DNA from: Yuukianura sp. NJ FZ-2021
Lineage: Eukaryota
Assembly (NCBI GenBank): GCA_046563655.1
Contig: CM102289.1
Location: 4,092,001 to 4,156,000 of the forward strand
Length of the DNA stretch: 64,000 nt
Direction: 5' to 3'
The notes under the pieces were generated by a model. The model was not told the origin of the DNA and did not search any database. It worked only from the letters and a program-made list of their open reading frames with translations. Every line of letters begins with the position of its first letter. The first letter of the stretch is position 1. Below, one piece after another: positions 26,102-39,659 of the stretch. A program made the position numbers and the translations under genes.

Positions 26102-27487
26102 AATGAAAACCGCAAGACGAGACGTAGAAAACAAGCCAAGGAAAGTTACAGAAGCGGAGATTCACAAACCAATCAAAGTTGACGCTGAAGTAGAACTGGC
26201 AAGAATTGGCAAGTTTGCAATTCTTGCGGTACAGTTAAACGCATATTTGACGCTGGGCGTAGTCAATGGAAAACTTTCCAGCAAGTACTTCACATTGTCC
26301 TTTTTTCTGCAATGTTTGGTGAACATCATCAACTGTATTACTCTCGCTGTAGCCGTTTCAAGAGCAGATGAGTTATGGGAATTGTTCAGCAACTACAGTA
26401 ACATTGAGCAGCTCCTCTTCAAGGCTGTTGGTTTGTCTAATTGCGTTATTTCAGTGTACTTTAAAATACATGGATTCTGCACCAGGAAATATACTTTGAA
26501 ATTTTGGATTAAGAATGCGAACGTTCTCCATGCATTTCTGTCATGTACAAGAACAGGACCACCTTTGGTTCAAATTCTCGTAAAGGTTACTCGGTCCACT
26601 CGGAATTCGCTTATTATTTTAGTTACTTTGATAATCACAGGTGCAACTACTTTAGTTGTGTACGTTTCAAATGCTATTGGTTTCAACAACAAATTAGTCT
26701 TTATATCTCAGTGTTCCTTTTTTGTATTGATCGTGCTTCATGCCGCTCAGGCGATTTGGATGTGCTTTTTCCTAAAACTGTATAGCGCCCTCCTTTGCCA
26801 ACTTCAGATAGAACTTAGGCGAATAGCTCCAAATGCGTGCATAAATGCGCAGGGACAAATCATTGAAATCGCTAAAATAGAAGCCGAACTGCACCGATGC
26901 TACCAATTGTACTTGAAGGTTGACGAGCAATTGAAGTATTTTTGTGCTCATTTTGGCTGTCGACTAGTTATTCAATGTCTGTCCAGTTTCCTCAACATAG
27001 TTTCATCATCGTTTTTTATGCTTCGGATGGGAAACACTAGTTCTCAATTTGACGAATACTTGAGTATGCTTCTTCAGGCCATAATTTTCATACTACCTCT
27101 GTATAGCATTTGTACAGACGGAAGTCAAATTTCAATACAATCGGCTGCTATTGGGGACGAGTTGCACCAGCTCTACGCTGCCTTCGGAAATCGCGTGTCG
27201 TATCAGAGTCACCAAGAGTTTCAAATGTTCGCTACAAAAATCAGCAGTGACCCACCTCGTGTAGATGCAAACAGCTTACTTGTCATCAACAGATATTTAC
27301 TCACTACGGTAAAATTACTGTTTTTTTTTCTAAAAGTATTGTAGTCATTGGTAAATCAAACCTCCACGAGCCCTACTTATGATTTCTTCGTTTGATTATA
27401 TTTCAGATTCTCTCGACGGTATTCACGTATTTGATTATTTTGATTCAGTTCCGAACTTCTGAGTATGGAATAACGACGGCAAAGTGA
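26102..27487 (+). CDS. Gustatory receptor paralog 5; exons 26102-27308, 27407-27487
   Basis: Paralogous ORF; TYLIILIQF; start chosen by alignment with paralogs. Confidence 0.9.
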
Positions 27488-27909
27488 ACACCAAAGGAAA
27501 AAAAACATTCGTTCATGCAAGTATAATTTGCAAAAAAAAATGAACACAATAGCGAAATAATTTAATGTTTGTTCTAATTTTACTTTATTTTAGAAATTAA
27601 AATTTATTGTTATGCATAAAGCTTCTATAAACTTAATACACTAGTGCGATTAAGGAACGAGAGTGTTTTGTGTAAAAATCCAACGGCTATAGAAATTCTG
27701 TTTTTGGAAAATATTTGTTATTTGGCATTACATAATATTTTAGTCATCTATATCTCAGCTTCTTAGTAAAAACCAAAAATTTCCAAATCAAAAGTTAGTT
27801 TTGGATATTCAATCTAGTTTTGAGGACGAAAATGCAGAGACAGAATTGTAACATACACAAAAACGATGCGTGTTTAAATTAATTTAAATATAATAAAATT
27901 ATGTACTAT

Positions 27910-29679
27910 TTACTCCAAAAGTGTCACAGGACTTGTTCGTTCTTCCGTGTAGATTCTAACTGGCACTGCGCCTGTATCGATTCCGATTGGTCGACGTTCC
28001 ATTACGGGATAGGCCAGATAGATATACCTGCGAATGAACGAAAAAAAAAAACAAGAGATGAGTGCAATAACCGAAGGAAAGTAATTCTCAATGCAGAAAG
28101 TATGGTCATTACGCAAATGCAATAGCCACAAGGACATTGAGGCATGACGACATGAGGAATGCCGTTCCAATGAAACCAGACAAAGTAGAAGTGTAGATGG
28201 CGGTGTAAATGGGCGTGGCTAAAAATGGCATCAGGCTTTCTGGAATTGCCAAGAAAGAAAGTGCTTTCCCCACATCCTCATTTACCACCACGCTTGAAAT
28301 CATTGATCTCACTATGATAATCGAAATTCCCTCTGACAGTTGGACGGTTGAGCCTAGATGAATTGGGAAAGTTAAGCTGAATCATCTACTAGATAGTTTT
28401 TTGAGTACAAGTAAAATAATCTATGATTTATGATTTCGTTACCGGCGTACATCAGCCATGGATGATTGGCAAATGCCCAAATTGTACAACCAATCACAAA
28501 CGAGGTTGCACAAACAGCACCCACCAAAGCGTCTGATACTTTGTAAATTTTTAGCGCCACGGTTGAGACAGTCATCACACCTAAAGCTGCCAATACTCCG
28601 TCATATGTAAAATAACTTGAAAAAGTGAGCTGGTCCCAGTCAAATCTGAATCTTGTGTAGAGGAACATCAGCGTCGTGTTTCCACTCATTATAAACGTTC
28701 GAACGCAAATGATGAAGACAAGAATGAGCATGAGCCTTTTATATGGCCCTGAGAATACTCTGACGCCGTCTCGAACAAGCGCCAGCGCTGAGCTGCTTCT
28801 TTCACTCCTTCCACTACCATGTTGCGGTTTGTCATCACGAACGAAAGCGGCTGCATACAACATTGCAATAATTTCCAACGAACCGCTGACGAGAAACACG
28901 GTACTAAATCCACCCCAGTCGAGTATCTGTAAACAGAAATAGCACAATTTTAAATTTTTAAGCTAAATAAACTTATTTTAGTAAAATTAAACCTTGGCTC
29001 CAAGGATTAGTCCAGCAGGTCCTCCGACCAACATCGCGCTTTCTGCAAGTCCGATTCGAAACGTCCGATCTTCATTTGTGGAATTATGAACAATCAATTT
29101 TGTAATTGAAACTGTAAATGTAATGGCCCCACCCGTCAAACCAGTAGGAAGCAATGCAACTAGAAGCCACGAAGGGTGAGACCTTGGAAAGTGCGCCAAA
29201 ATATAAAATGTGACATTCGATAGCAAATATCCACCCATTGGAACAAAGAGAAGCAACTTTGACCCCAAGCGATCATTCAGTTGACCCCAAAACAGAGCGA
29301 GGATAAGCGGTGGTCCTGCAGTGATGAAAACGCGATAGGAAGCATACCTTCCTGCTTCAGTTTCAACTTCAGCTTCTGCAATATGTCATATTGAACAGAT
29401 ATTTCTTTAGTTTCAGTATTTATTACACGAATTATTAAGTTGAAAAAATATTTGTTTACCTTGTTCTTTAAAGTGAGTGAGATTTTTACAGAAAGATTCC
29501 AAATTTATAGATTGGTTATTGGCGTAGTTGAATTCACATATCCTTTGAAGGAAGAAACTTTGAATTGTTACGCTTGCAATGGCAGTGGCTAGTGACACGA
29601 AAAAAATGACTGGTTCCACTGTAGGTACCCATTTAGAGCTACGCTTTCCTGGAAGCAGCGGTTCTTCCATCCCCTCCAT
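27910..29679 (-). CDS. MFS transporter, SLC46/proton-coupled folate transporter-like, 5 exons
   Basis: TVEPVIF N-terminus, RTFRIG, FLYTRFRFDW, RSMISSVV...DVGK, PIYTAIY; GT-AG introns. Confidence 0.88.
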
Positions 29680-30487
29680 CAGATACAATTTTAGAAGTTT
29701 CAATTTAGAACAGAAAACGAATGTCTAAAAGTCCCTACTGTGTGGCACTTTGATGTATTTGTTTGCTATTCCAACCGTGATAAACCTCACTTTCATATTG
29801 TATGAACTTGGTTCTACTGTACAAATCAGATCTTCTTCCAATTGAATGAACAACGACATGATCCTCGGTCAAGAAATTGGAAACTGGTTTTCCAGATTGT
29901 TATTCTCATTTTCTTGCAAAGATGTTGGGAAGAGTTTCTTTCAAACTGTTCCTGCCGGCTATTCAAGTGGCTATTCGTGGTCTAACACGGGGAATTCTTA
30001 TGTACTTTTTTTATTCCTTTGATCGTTGAAAAAAAAGTGGTCTGTCTTACTTTATCCAATATCAAACTCTTAAGCATATAAGAGTCAAGAACAAGTAAGG
30101 TTAAGATGAACAGGGAAGTGCTAAAATCGTTGATTGGCAATTGGTTTTACGATTCAAAGTGATGTTTCTGAATTTGGAAGAAAATTGAAATCTCGATGCT
30201 GCAATTTTTTTTTGAGTATTATCTGTAATAGTTAAGTGCTGTTAACGCTGTTAACTACTCCATCTACTGGAGTAGCTCCTGCTTTTTTTGTAACAAGTAG
30301 CGTATACCCTGTTGTGTTAAGCTCTTGGAAATTTTTAAGTGTTTAAAGACTAAAATGAATTGAATTCTATTCAACTATTGTAGATGAAAACACTGAATGA
30401 GAGAAGCATCAAATGCATAAATATTGGTGACAAGTTCTCCTTTGTTTGGAAAAAGCGTACTTTCTCCTCCAATGTTATGAGACATAC

Positions 30488-33400
30488 TCAATCAAATCCT
30501 TTCTTCATAAGCGACGGCCGTGGTGACGACTGTATTTCATGATAGTAGCTGCATGTTTCAGGAGATGGACTTAAATTTCGCGCATTTTCTTCACCGCCAT
30601 TTCTAATTTGGGTAGTTTTTGGAGCACGAAATATGACGGAGGTTGCTCGACTAGCAGTTGAATTTTGATGAAAAGAATTTGCAAAACGTCGTGATGAAAA
30701 TCGATGATATTCCCTTCGGAGAGCTTCCCTGACGTCGCTACTGAAGAAACAGTACAAGCAGCTCACAAATATTCCCTACAAAAATCATAAAGTATTGAGG
30801 ATGTTACATTATTTACTACTGGAAACGTCGTGAAAAAAAATTGTTTTTGAAATTTTGTGTATAAGTGAAATAACATAAACATAACTTAAAATAACGCCAC
30901 CAACCGTACCTGAGTGGATTGAATAATGGTATTGGCCAACATATAAACGTTCTCATACCCTCCTCCAGGATTGTACATAAACATAAGGTTATTGATTCCC
31001 AAGAGGGGGAACAAAATTGCAGTGGCCTTCACTGCTCGTCTGCAGAAAATTTCCAAAAAGAAAATTGGATTAAGCTTGATTCAATTTTTAAATTTTTGCT
31101 GAACAGCAAAGTTGACTATCGTCCACCAAGTCGACTGAGGCTCAATCGAAATTTTTATGAACATATTACTAGTAAGTTTAAATCTCTAACGCAGCAACAA
31201 ATCTATAAAGATTTTTCACACAAAAACTTTTCCATTTACCACCACTTTCAAAAAATACATTGAAAAAGTTTCAAATCCAGTTATAATACTCAACGGACTT
31301 TAAAGTTTTACAAAACGATTGGTAGAACCTGTCAAAAATTTCTCACTCCCTGCAACACATTCAGTTCGTGACACTTTTCGTTTTTCACACCGAAATTGAG
31401 AAAGAAATGGATTCTATGTAGGAGCTTTTTTGAACAGAATGAAACGCAAAAAAGTGAGTTACACTGTAATGATCTTGTTACTGGCAATCTTGAGAGAATT
31501 TTTTTTGAGGGAAAGCTAACATGGCATGTTGTTCGGATTTGAAAAATGCGGTAAAATTTTTCAACCCTCAACATATGGGGAGAATTCTTTCTTTTTGTTG
31601 AAGCGGAGGTGTTAGAAGATTCTTCCAATTTTGTGAGTAGCATGCCAACTCTACTTGGTGTAAGTGCAAATAAATAATGCAAGGAATAAGTGGGTATTTG
31701 AATGGAAATATGCTTGGAATGCTCTGACGCAAGGACTTTCACTTTTTGTACCGTCAAGTGGAGGTTGCATACCTAAACTGAGCAGCGTCACTTGAAGCAT
31801 TTGCTCTTTGAATTTTTGTCAGCAAGATCCGCATGATGTTAGACAAAAAGAGAAGATTGACCTGCAACAGACAAGAAGAAATGGATGCAAATTAGGTGAA
31901 ATTATTTTCTGTTTTATATAGCTGCCATTTCAAACTTATCTTTGACACATAAGTATAACTACTTTTGACAGTTTTATTGTTTCGCCATGTCTCTTGTCAA
32001 TGTCACGAACGTATTTGACTTATTAAACAAATATATGGAAAGCCAAAAATGAAACTTTGGGATGGACTGATAAAAATGATGTCGCTTGGCTCATTCCTCA
32101 GTTTCACTTGCACAAAATGCTACAGATGAAAGTCGTAATGCGTCAAAGTTAGGTAGCGACTTGCCATGTTTCCTTGCAGGATGAGCGCTGTAAAAGTCTC
32201 CAAAAGTAGTAAGTAAAAGATAATGCAGCTATGTAAACCAATACCGAAGCGTGTAAAACAGTTCTACAAATCTGATTGTCAAGTAAAAAATGTAAAAAAT
32301 ACGATTTAAAACTGAAGTTGAAAATTTTTCTTTCTTCACAAAACACTTGCAAAAAGTTGTTTAATTTTTATACATGTGTAAATATATAATACCTACATAC
32401 ACATAATATGTATGTAAATGTAAGGCTAGTATAACTTCCGAGAGGGTACGCCACACTGTAAAAATACTTCCAAATGGGGATGCCTAAACAAAATGGCATG
32501 ACATGTCGGTTGTAAATACAAAAAAAATACTGGTTGGATATATTGCAACGTCCCGAATAATGCTGCAGATTAAACTGAACCTAACGCATTCTAGCATGGT
32601 GTCTTGTTACTCACGTTATTAACGTGCATGATTAACGACCTTTATTAACATCTCGCCAACCCTGGAAAACGCCGTATTTGTACAACAGATTATCACGACT
32701 AATTGGTTTTATCGGGAGTGTTCTTACCGTGAGGGCTCCAATCATTGGACCAACGAGGATCCATGAGTACTTGAGCTGTGAATAGTTTTGCCAGCAGTGG
32801 GCATGGTGATGGGTTTCCATGACAACAGCCCAAATTGAAATCAAAAGCAATGGTATTCCTAAGAGTGGATGAAAGAAAAAACCAATTTAGTCTTCTTCCC
32901 TCCTTGTCCATTTTGAATCTAAAGGAAATTTGGTTATGGGGCCTGTAATAGGATGTTTCTGTTTGTTTTGTCTAGAAAATAGAAGTCCAATGCAAATATC
33001 ACACTAACGGATTTCCCATAAACTGCAGTTATTGTTAAGTGCCAGTTATTGATGCCATTACCCCATCCAATGACGTAGTAGATTCTGAATGGCGTTCCAG
33101 TGTCGAATATGTTTGTGGTAACCCTGGAGTGAAGGTAGTGACCTTGGATAAACATCCAATTGATGGATGTCACCGTTACGTACATCAATGCACACGTTAG
33201 ACATTTGCAAATCCAGTTCTGAAATCAACAAAATTTTAATCCACAAACGTTTCACAGAAGGGAATTACGCCGTTTGTGCTTCTTTTTGTAAAAGTACCTT
33301 AAAATAAAAATTGCAGATTTCCTTTAAAGAAAAAAAAACAGAGTTTCTGCTCTTCACCTCTCGGGTAGACTACCCGCAATAAAGCTTTCTTTCCTTTTTG

Positions 33401-36400
33401 AAAATTTTTGCTGATTGGTTTTGGCCTTACGACTTTTCTATAGTTGTCCGTCCTTTGGAAAATGAATGGTTCTGTCACAACAACCAGCAGCACAAACCGG
33501 AGAGCTAGTGAAATCATGAAATGGATGTGGACAGTGACACGATGACATCGGAGACATCTAAAAAGCAAAAATAAAATACGCTTCATGCCCTCGCTACTTT
33601 TTAATACTTTCTCCGAACGTAACATTTTTCATGCCAATTGTATCTGTTGCCTTTTGTGATCTTCATCATCTTACTTTCTTTTACCATACAAGATTCTATT
33701 TTACTTAAATTTAGTAGGTATTACAGGATCTCCGCGGAACAAGATTAATTTCCAACGACGAAAGAAACAATAAACTCTGATGTCCACTATTAGTCTAGAC
33801 ATGGATGAAGTTGGTAGAATGTCTGTGCTTAAACTGACTTGATTGGGTATGGCTAAAATAGATTATAGTTGAGAACATAAATAAGTTGATTAGAAAAAAC
33901 AAGGATTGATTGCATCTCTTGTAATGAAATCCTTTTCAAATGAAGTTTAATCTGAACTTTAGATTTTGATGACAATGCATCTGTAATTGAAAGCAAGAGA
34001 CTGAACACTGGAAACCAATCGGTGTTGCTATTTACCCCCCAAGTTTCTGCCATTGACAAATGGGAAAAAAATTTAGAATTTAGTCCCCTTCGTTCCTCAC
34101 AGGCCAATGTCTGTGGACTTTTCACAAAATTTTGATGTTCTACAGCCAAATTTCGAATTTCAGACTTATCATATGTACGAACGGCAAATTTTTCATTTCT
34201 CGCCGTTAAAAATTTGCCGTTTTGTGTCTTGGCATAAAAAACTATTTTCTGAACAAAATGGGAACTCTAGTTCAGAAATCGGACTAGTGGTTTAAAAATG
34301 CTTTTACTGTGAACAGTTAAAGTTAAACCTTGTCCAAATACTTATAAGCGGCACTGTAAGTGAGAAGTACAACTTTAAAAAAAATTGGATTAAGGTTTGT
34401 TTTGAGTGAAAGCTGTTTTTCAAGTTGAGTGACTGAGCATCAATTTTTACTACTATTTTCCAGAAGAAGCATAAAAAATTCGTATTTATGCAGAACTGAA
34501 GGTATGAATGTCTGTGGGTGTTTACTACATTAGTGGAAAAGCTTTTAGTGCATAAAAGTTAGAACAAAAAGTAATGTGTAATTCGTACACCCAAAATGAT
34601 GTAGCTTGTTTTGCTTCAAAAAAAATGGAATTAACCTTGACCTTTGACCCGGATGTTGCGTACTTCCGGCCAAACCGGAAACTGATTATTTACTCCACCA
34701 CCATGTGAAGTACATCTGCGAAGACAGCCTTTAAATTAGTCTAGTGGTTCTAGAGTTATTGTAACCATCCGTCGGACAAACAGAGAGACAGACTTGGGAA
34801 AAGCGTAAAGTATCAAACTACTTTCACTCCTTAATAATTCGTAATAAGTGATTGGATGAGCAGTAAATTAGGTGTTCCACTTTGTGTAATGGAAGTGAAA
34901 GTTTTCTTACTTGAAGTGGTAGAAGATGAAAAGAGAAATGGCAAGCGAGACGAAGGACAAAACAGATCCGAGAAACAGGGTCCATCGCACAGTTTCCACA
35001 ATCCAACTACTCTGACTCTGCAACAAAAATTCCGAGAAATTTAATACATCAAGCAACAGTGCACCGGATTTACAGCGGGTCTTACCGCGGATTTGGAAAA
35101 CAATTCAAACCTACTCCATCAGAAAAAGTAGATTCCAAAAATGGAAGTTAATTTGACCGAGTATCGTGCCGTCTCGAAATCAAAAGTTTAGTTTACAAAA
35201 CAACTCACATCCTACCATAACAATACAGCTCAAACGAGCGAATCTTCGCTCATCCCTCTCATGTCAAGCAAATTAGTTCGTGAAACAGTGCATTTGGAAC
35301 GCCATAGGTTTGAAAATTAATTGCTTCTAACGCAGAATTGTTTCCAAAAACTTTGTCCCTAATGTGTTAAAAGGTTGATTCTTTAGAAAAAAGTTTTAGA
35401 AACATTTCCGTTAGAAGCTAATTCATTTGAAACCATGTCCTGGAACCGTGCATATTACATATCCTTTTCGAGCTAGCATAAATGAAATAGTTTAAAACTT
35501 GACAAACTTGACATCGGCGGTCTCCTTTCTTTTCGACTGAGATATTATAATTAAAGAATTTTTGTAAGATAGGTATTTAGCCTAAGCCTGGCGCGTAGCT
35601 TCACAAATTAGCTTAATTAAAAGCATTCCAAAGGGTTCAGTCAGTGTTGCAGAGAAGAATGTAAGCCGCTAAATAATTTTACACGCAGTTATACTCCTTG
35701 GCGTGTGCGGTGAATGTGGCGCCACCGCGAGCAGCCTTGCGCTATTAGCAAAACGAAAAAGGTTGGAAACTGGAAGGAATCATTGTTCATTTGTTCTAGA
35801 AACAACGTGAATTTAAGCAGCAACCGCGACATCACGTATTAAATGCAATGTTGGCATACACTCAAAAAGAATGGACGTGATAATTTTTTAGACGTTAGAT
35901 ATTCACTTTGAGCAGTCGAACTTCAATCTCTGTCTCTGATGACTAATGGCTGTGTGTTTCAAATCCACTCACACAACCACTTTTCACTTGAGTGTCGTAG
36001 AACTACGACACCAGTCATCCCTGACCTGCAATGTCACTTGATGGATGATCCTCGGCTTCACATGTACCACCAAGTTATTACTCAGAAGCATCTAGCCTAA
36101 CTTTCATTTTCAGAAGACCCAAGGTCTTGGGAGTGACACAATGTCAACTTGGAATGTTGGTCGAATTTTTCATCTTCCAGTTCTAGTGTTCCGGGAATAA
36201 AATCAAGACAGAGAATTTGCGGAGCTTGCCTCATGCTAAGGAAATGGAGCAACGGAGAAACACGATTCTTTTGTCTTAAGTCTGGAATTGACACGACATG
36301 CTGGAGGTGTTTTATAGACATCATTTTTCAACATTTCTTGTTACAGGAAGTTGTTTGTTTTGGTTAGAACTCGGCCACAGGAGTGATCGTAGTAAGTGAC

Positions 36401-39400
36401 AGAACGCGAAAAAGTGAGAATTGGAAAAAGTGGAAGCACGTAGACAAAGGTACTCGTCCAGAAAAGTTCACTTTGCTTAAGACTCTTGAAAAATTGAGCT
36501 TTCAGTTTAATTGGAACCTCAACGCTTGAATCCTTTCACAAAAGCGGATGAAGAAGTTGAATATTAAATTCAACTGTCCAAGAAAATTAATTAACTTTTC
36601 AAACAAAAAGTTTTGCTACATTTATTTAATTTAAACTAAACCGCGACGAAGCTTAGCCTTAACATGCTGTGTTGCATTTATGTAAATTAGACTGAAAGTA
36701 ATTAAGCCTAACAATAACTATATGCAAATGATATTGCAACATAATTATTTTAAATTGTAACCTGCTTGGCCTTTCTCTTCAGCGGGTCCTTTGTGAATTA
36801 GTAACCTTTCATTCAAAGTCTCTGAATTTAGTTTAAGTTGAGTTTGGCATCGATCTGAATGCAAATGAACGTTTGTCACTCCCGCCCCCGCCTCGGGGGC
36901 ATTGCTCCCCCAATAACCTCCACTGACACTGACATGCGTTATAGTACAAAGTTGAAGGGTCATAGGCAATGTGAAGGGAACTTTTGAACACGATTAGATG
37001 TCTCAAGTGGCAAAGTGCCAGAAGACAATGACAAAAGACTCCGCAGAGCAACTTACTTTAATTAGATCTCATCAAAAAACAAAAGATTTAATGTGTTCCG
37101 TAATTCTCCGCTTTCTGCGTTCCCAGGTTACACGAATCCACAAAGTAAAAGACAATCACCAGCGTTTGGAAAATAAAATTCATGTGAAAGCTTGCAAAGC
37201 CCTCAAAGTCAAAAAAATATGTGAACATTTTTATACAAAAATTATCTCAACTTTGCCCAGGTCGCAAATGATGAATTCTTACGTTGCAAAAATTAAAATA
37301 AAGATTTTAGAATAAAAAATTGTCAGCTTCTGGAAAAGTAGAAAGTTTAAAGCTATAAAACTCGCATCATACCGTTTTAAATTTTGTAACAAGAGTTATT
37401 AATGCAACTTTAATAGGGGGAGAATGCTAATTCAACCGAGTAAAACATTTTTATGACTTCAAAATAAAATTTGTACTTTTGTACAAGAGTTTTCAAAAAA
37501 ATTGTGAATCTAATATCTAAAAGTACTTGTATTGGGTATGCTCGAGTGGATATTTTTAACAACTACCAAACATACAAAAGTAATTAAGTTTATGTCCTGT
37601 CGTTTACCTTACATAATGCCATTTGTGGTTGCCTTTCTCTAAAAATGCCATTGTATATAGATTATTAGATTCCATTACCCTCGTGGGAAGTTTAGCTGTA
37701 CTTTACATTTTTCCTACTAATGTGATTGGTTTAGTGGTAAGAATGTAAGTTTTTAATTAGTAGTAATTGGCAAAAATAACTCCAAAACCACGCAGGTTTA
37801 CTAAAAGTTAAGCCAAGCCATTCTTATGGGTATGGGTTAGGCTAGAATACGAGTTTTTTAAGACATTTGATTGGGCCGTTAAAAAATTTGTTAATATGGA
37901 AAGTGCTTACGTCAAAAGCATCTTCATCATCTCCGAGACTGTCGAGGCATTCTCCATAATTTGTCCAATTTCCCCAAAGCCATGTTCCGTTGTTTCCGCA
38001 GATCCGAATGGCGTTTCCTAGCAACAAATTACTGCTACAAGGAATGACATTTACTTAAAGTCCTGCATGAAGGATTCCCTCAACAAATCAACATTAAGAA
38101 GATGAAAAAGGTAAATCAGACTCCTTCGCTGCGCTTCTAATCGCAGTGGGTGAATCTGTTTGAGGGAAATGGTTCAACACCAGTTGGTTCAATAAGCAAA
38201 TTCGTTGAAGAGTCAATTTGTCCTAAACTTATTAGTTCAATATGACTAGTTGGTTTCAATCAATTCATTTTCCAACAGTAACACTAAAAATCAGAACTTT
38301 TATTTTGCTAAAACTGACGGATTCAGTGCTGAAATTCCGGGTTTGCTAAGAAAAATCTGTTTCTGAAGTTAAATTTCCACTTATGTAATAACGGAGTTAA
38401 GTGTGTTTCAAGCTAAGCAGCGAAGTTTTAATAACAGATTCAGTATTTTCGTTTATGTTAAAAGCCAAAGTGGCACTTGGCAGCATCTTTCTCTATTTAA
38501 AACGCTACCAAATTTATTATTTATATGAAAAAGCATGAGTCAAGTTTAACTTCTCCATTGATGAAGGACTTAATTATTTAACTCAAATAATGCTGTCTTC
38601 AAAAAACTTAAAGGTCTTGCTTGTTAATAAAGCATGCAAAACAGTAAAATTTCGACTTTAACAGTTCTTTGTTTCTTGAAGCGGAGCACTTAGCCCAACC
38701 CGATTTTTCGTCAAGTTCTTGGCCAAATTAGTCCCAAGAGGTTTCAAGATGATTTAACTGATGGCGTCTTGCCAGAATAAACTTTTAAAAGTTTTCCTGC
38801 ATGTACTTTCAACACCAGCTAATGTTTTGTTAATGTGCTTTTAGTCGTGAAGCAAGTAGTACAGCTATTTTGGATATAATTGGCGACGTTATTTATTAAC
38901 TAATTGCTTGAAACTAGTGGTACCTGTAACGGTAGCTAGCTGGGTAGACGTAATGTCCGGAGAATCCTTCATCACTTCGGCGCATGATCGAGTCAACGTC
39001 GTGCCGGGCGGAGTGAATGGCCAACAATACATCGAGTCCCAGGTAGCCGGGCAGAACGAATTTAGAAAATCTTAAAATAGTTGAAAAGAAAGAAAGAGAA
39101 AGCAACTAAATGTATGAAATTTTGTGAAAGAAATTTTGCTTCTTTGAAACTTTGGTTTCGAATTAAATGGAATCGTGACTTTGACAGGCCTGGAAAAGTT
39201 TAACCAAAGTAGAGAAACTTATGTGTCTTCCAATTTTAATGAAAAAGTTGGAGAAACCGCACAAATTTCGCAAGCTTGCAAGATGATTTGGAATTTTGAC
39301 ATGGTTCAATATTTTTTCAAAAGAGAAAGTCTCATGGGAAAAAATGGAGCTTTGAAAAATATTCCCACGGGTAATCATTCTTACACCTTGTCAAAAACTA

Positions 39401-39659
39401 CCTCTGCCAGCACTCCTTTCGGCTCTAACGCCTTAAATTTTTACACCAATTTTTCAAAATCCCATTCCTGATGCTTCTAGCGTCAATGATTTCTTTGAAA
39501 CGCTGAGCTTCAGAAAAGTTTTATCATAAAAAATTTGAAAAATGACTTACTTGAGTCGACTTTCAACTTTTCGTGAAATTCTTCTAAAGCAGTGCTAAGA
39601 CACTTTAAGCTGGGATCCTCTACTACCTCACTCATTTCTGCCATCGAATCAGCCATCAT
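30488..39659 (-). CDS. Class B1 (secretin-family) GPCR, CRF/DH44/PDF-receptor-like, about 10 coding exons; further 5' exon possible
   Basis: Hormone-binding domain CPATWDSMYCWP (39070-38922) and C..NGTW...WTNYGEC (~38012-37910); LRCHRVTVH; WMFIQGHYLH; IGWG; ILVGP; KATAILFPLLG; QGIFVSCLYCF. Confidence 0.9.
34632..34826. mobile_element. Diverged fragment of the 9433-10855 element family in a GPCR intron
   Basis: CCTTGACCTTTGACC, TACTTCCGG, GGTTCTAGAGTTAT, GACAGACTTGGGAAAA similar to 10655-10850. Confidence 0.65.
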
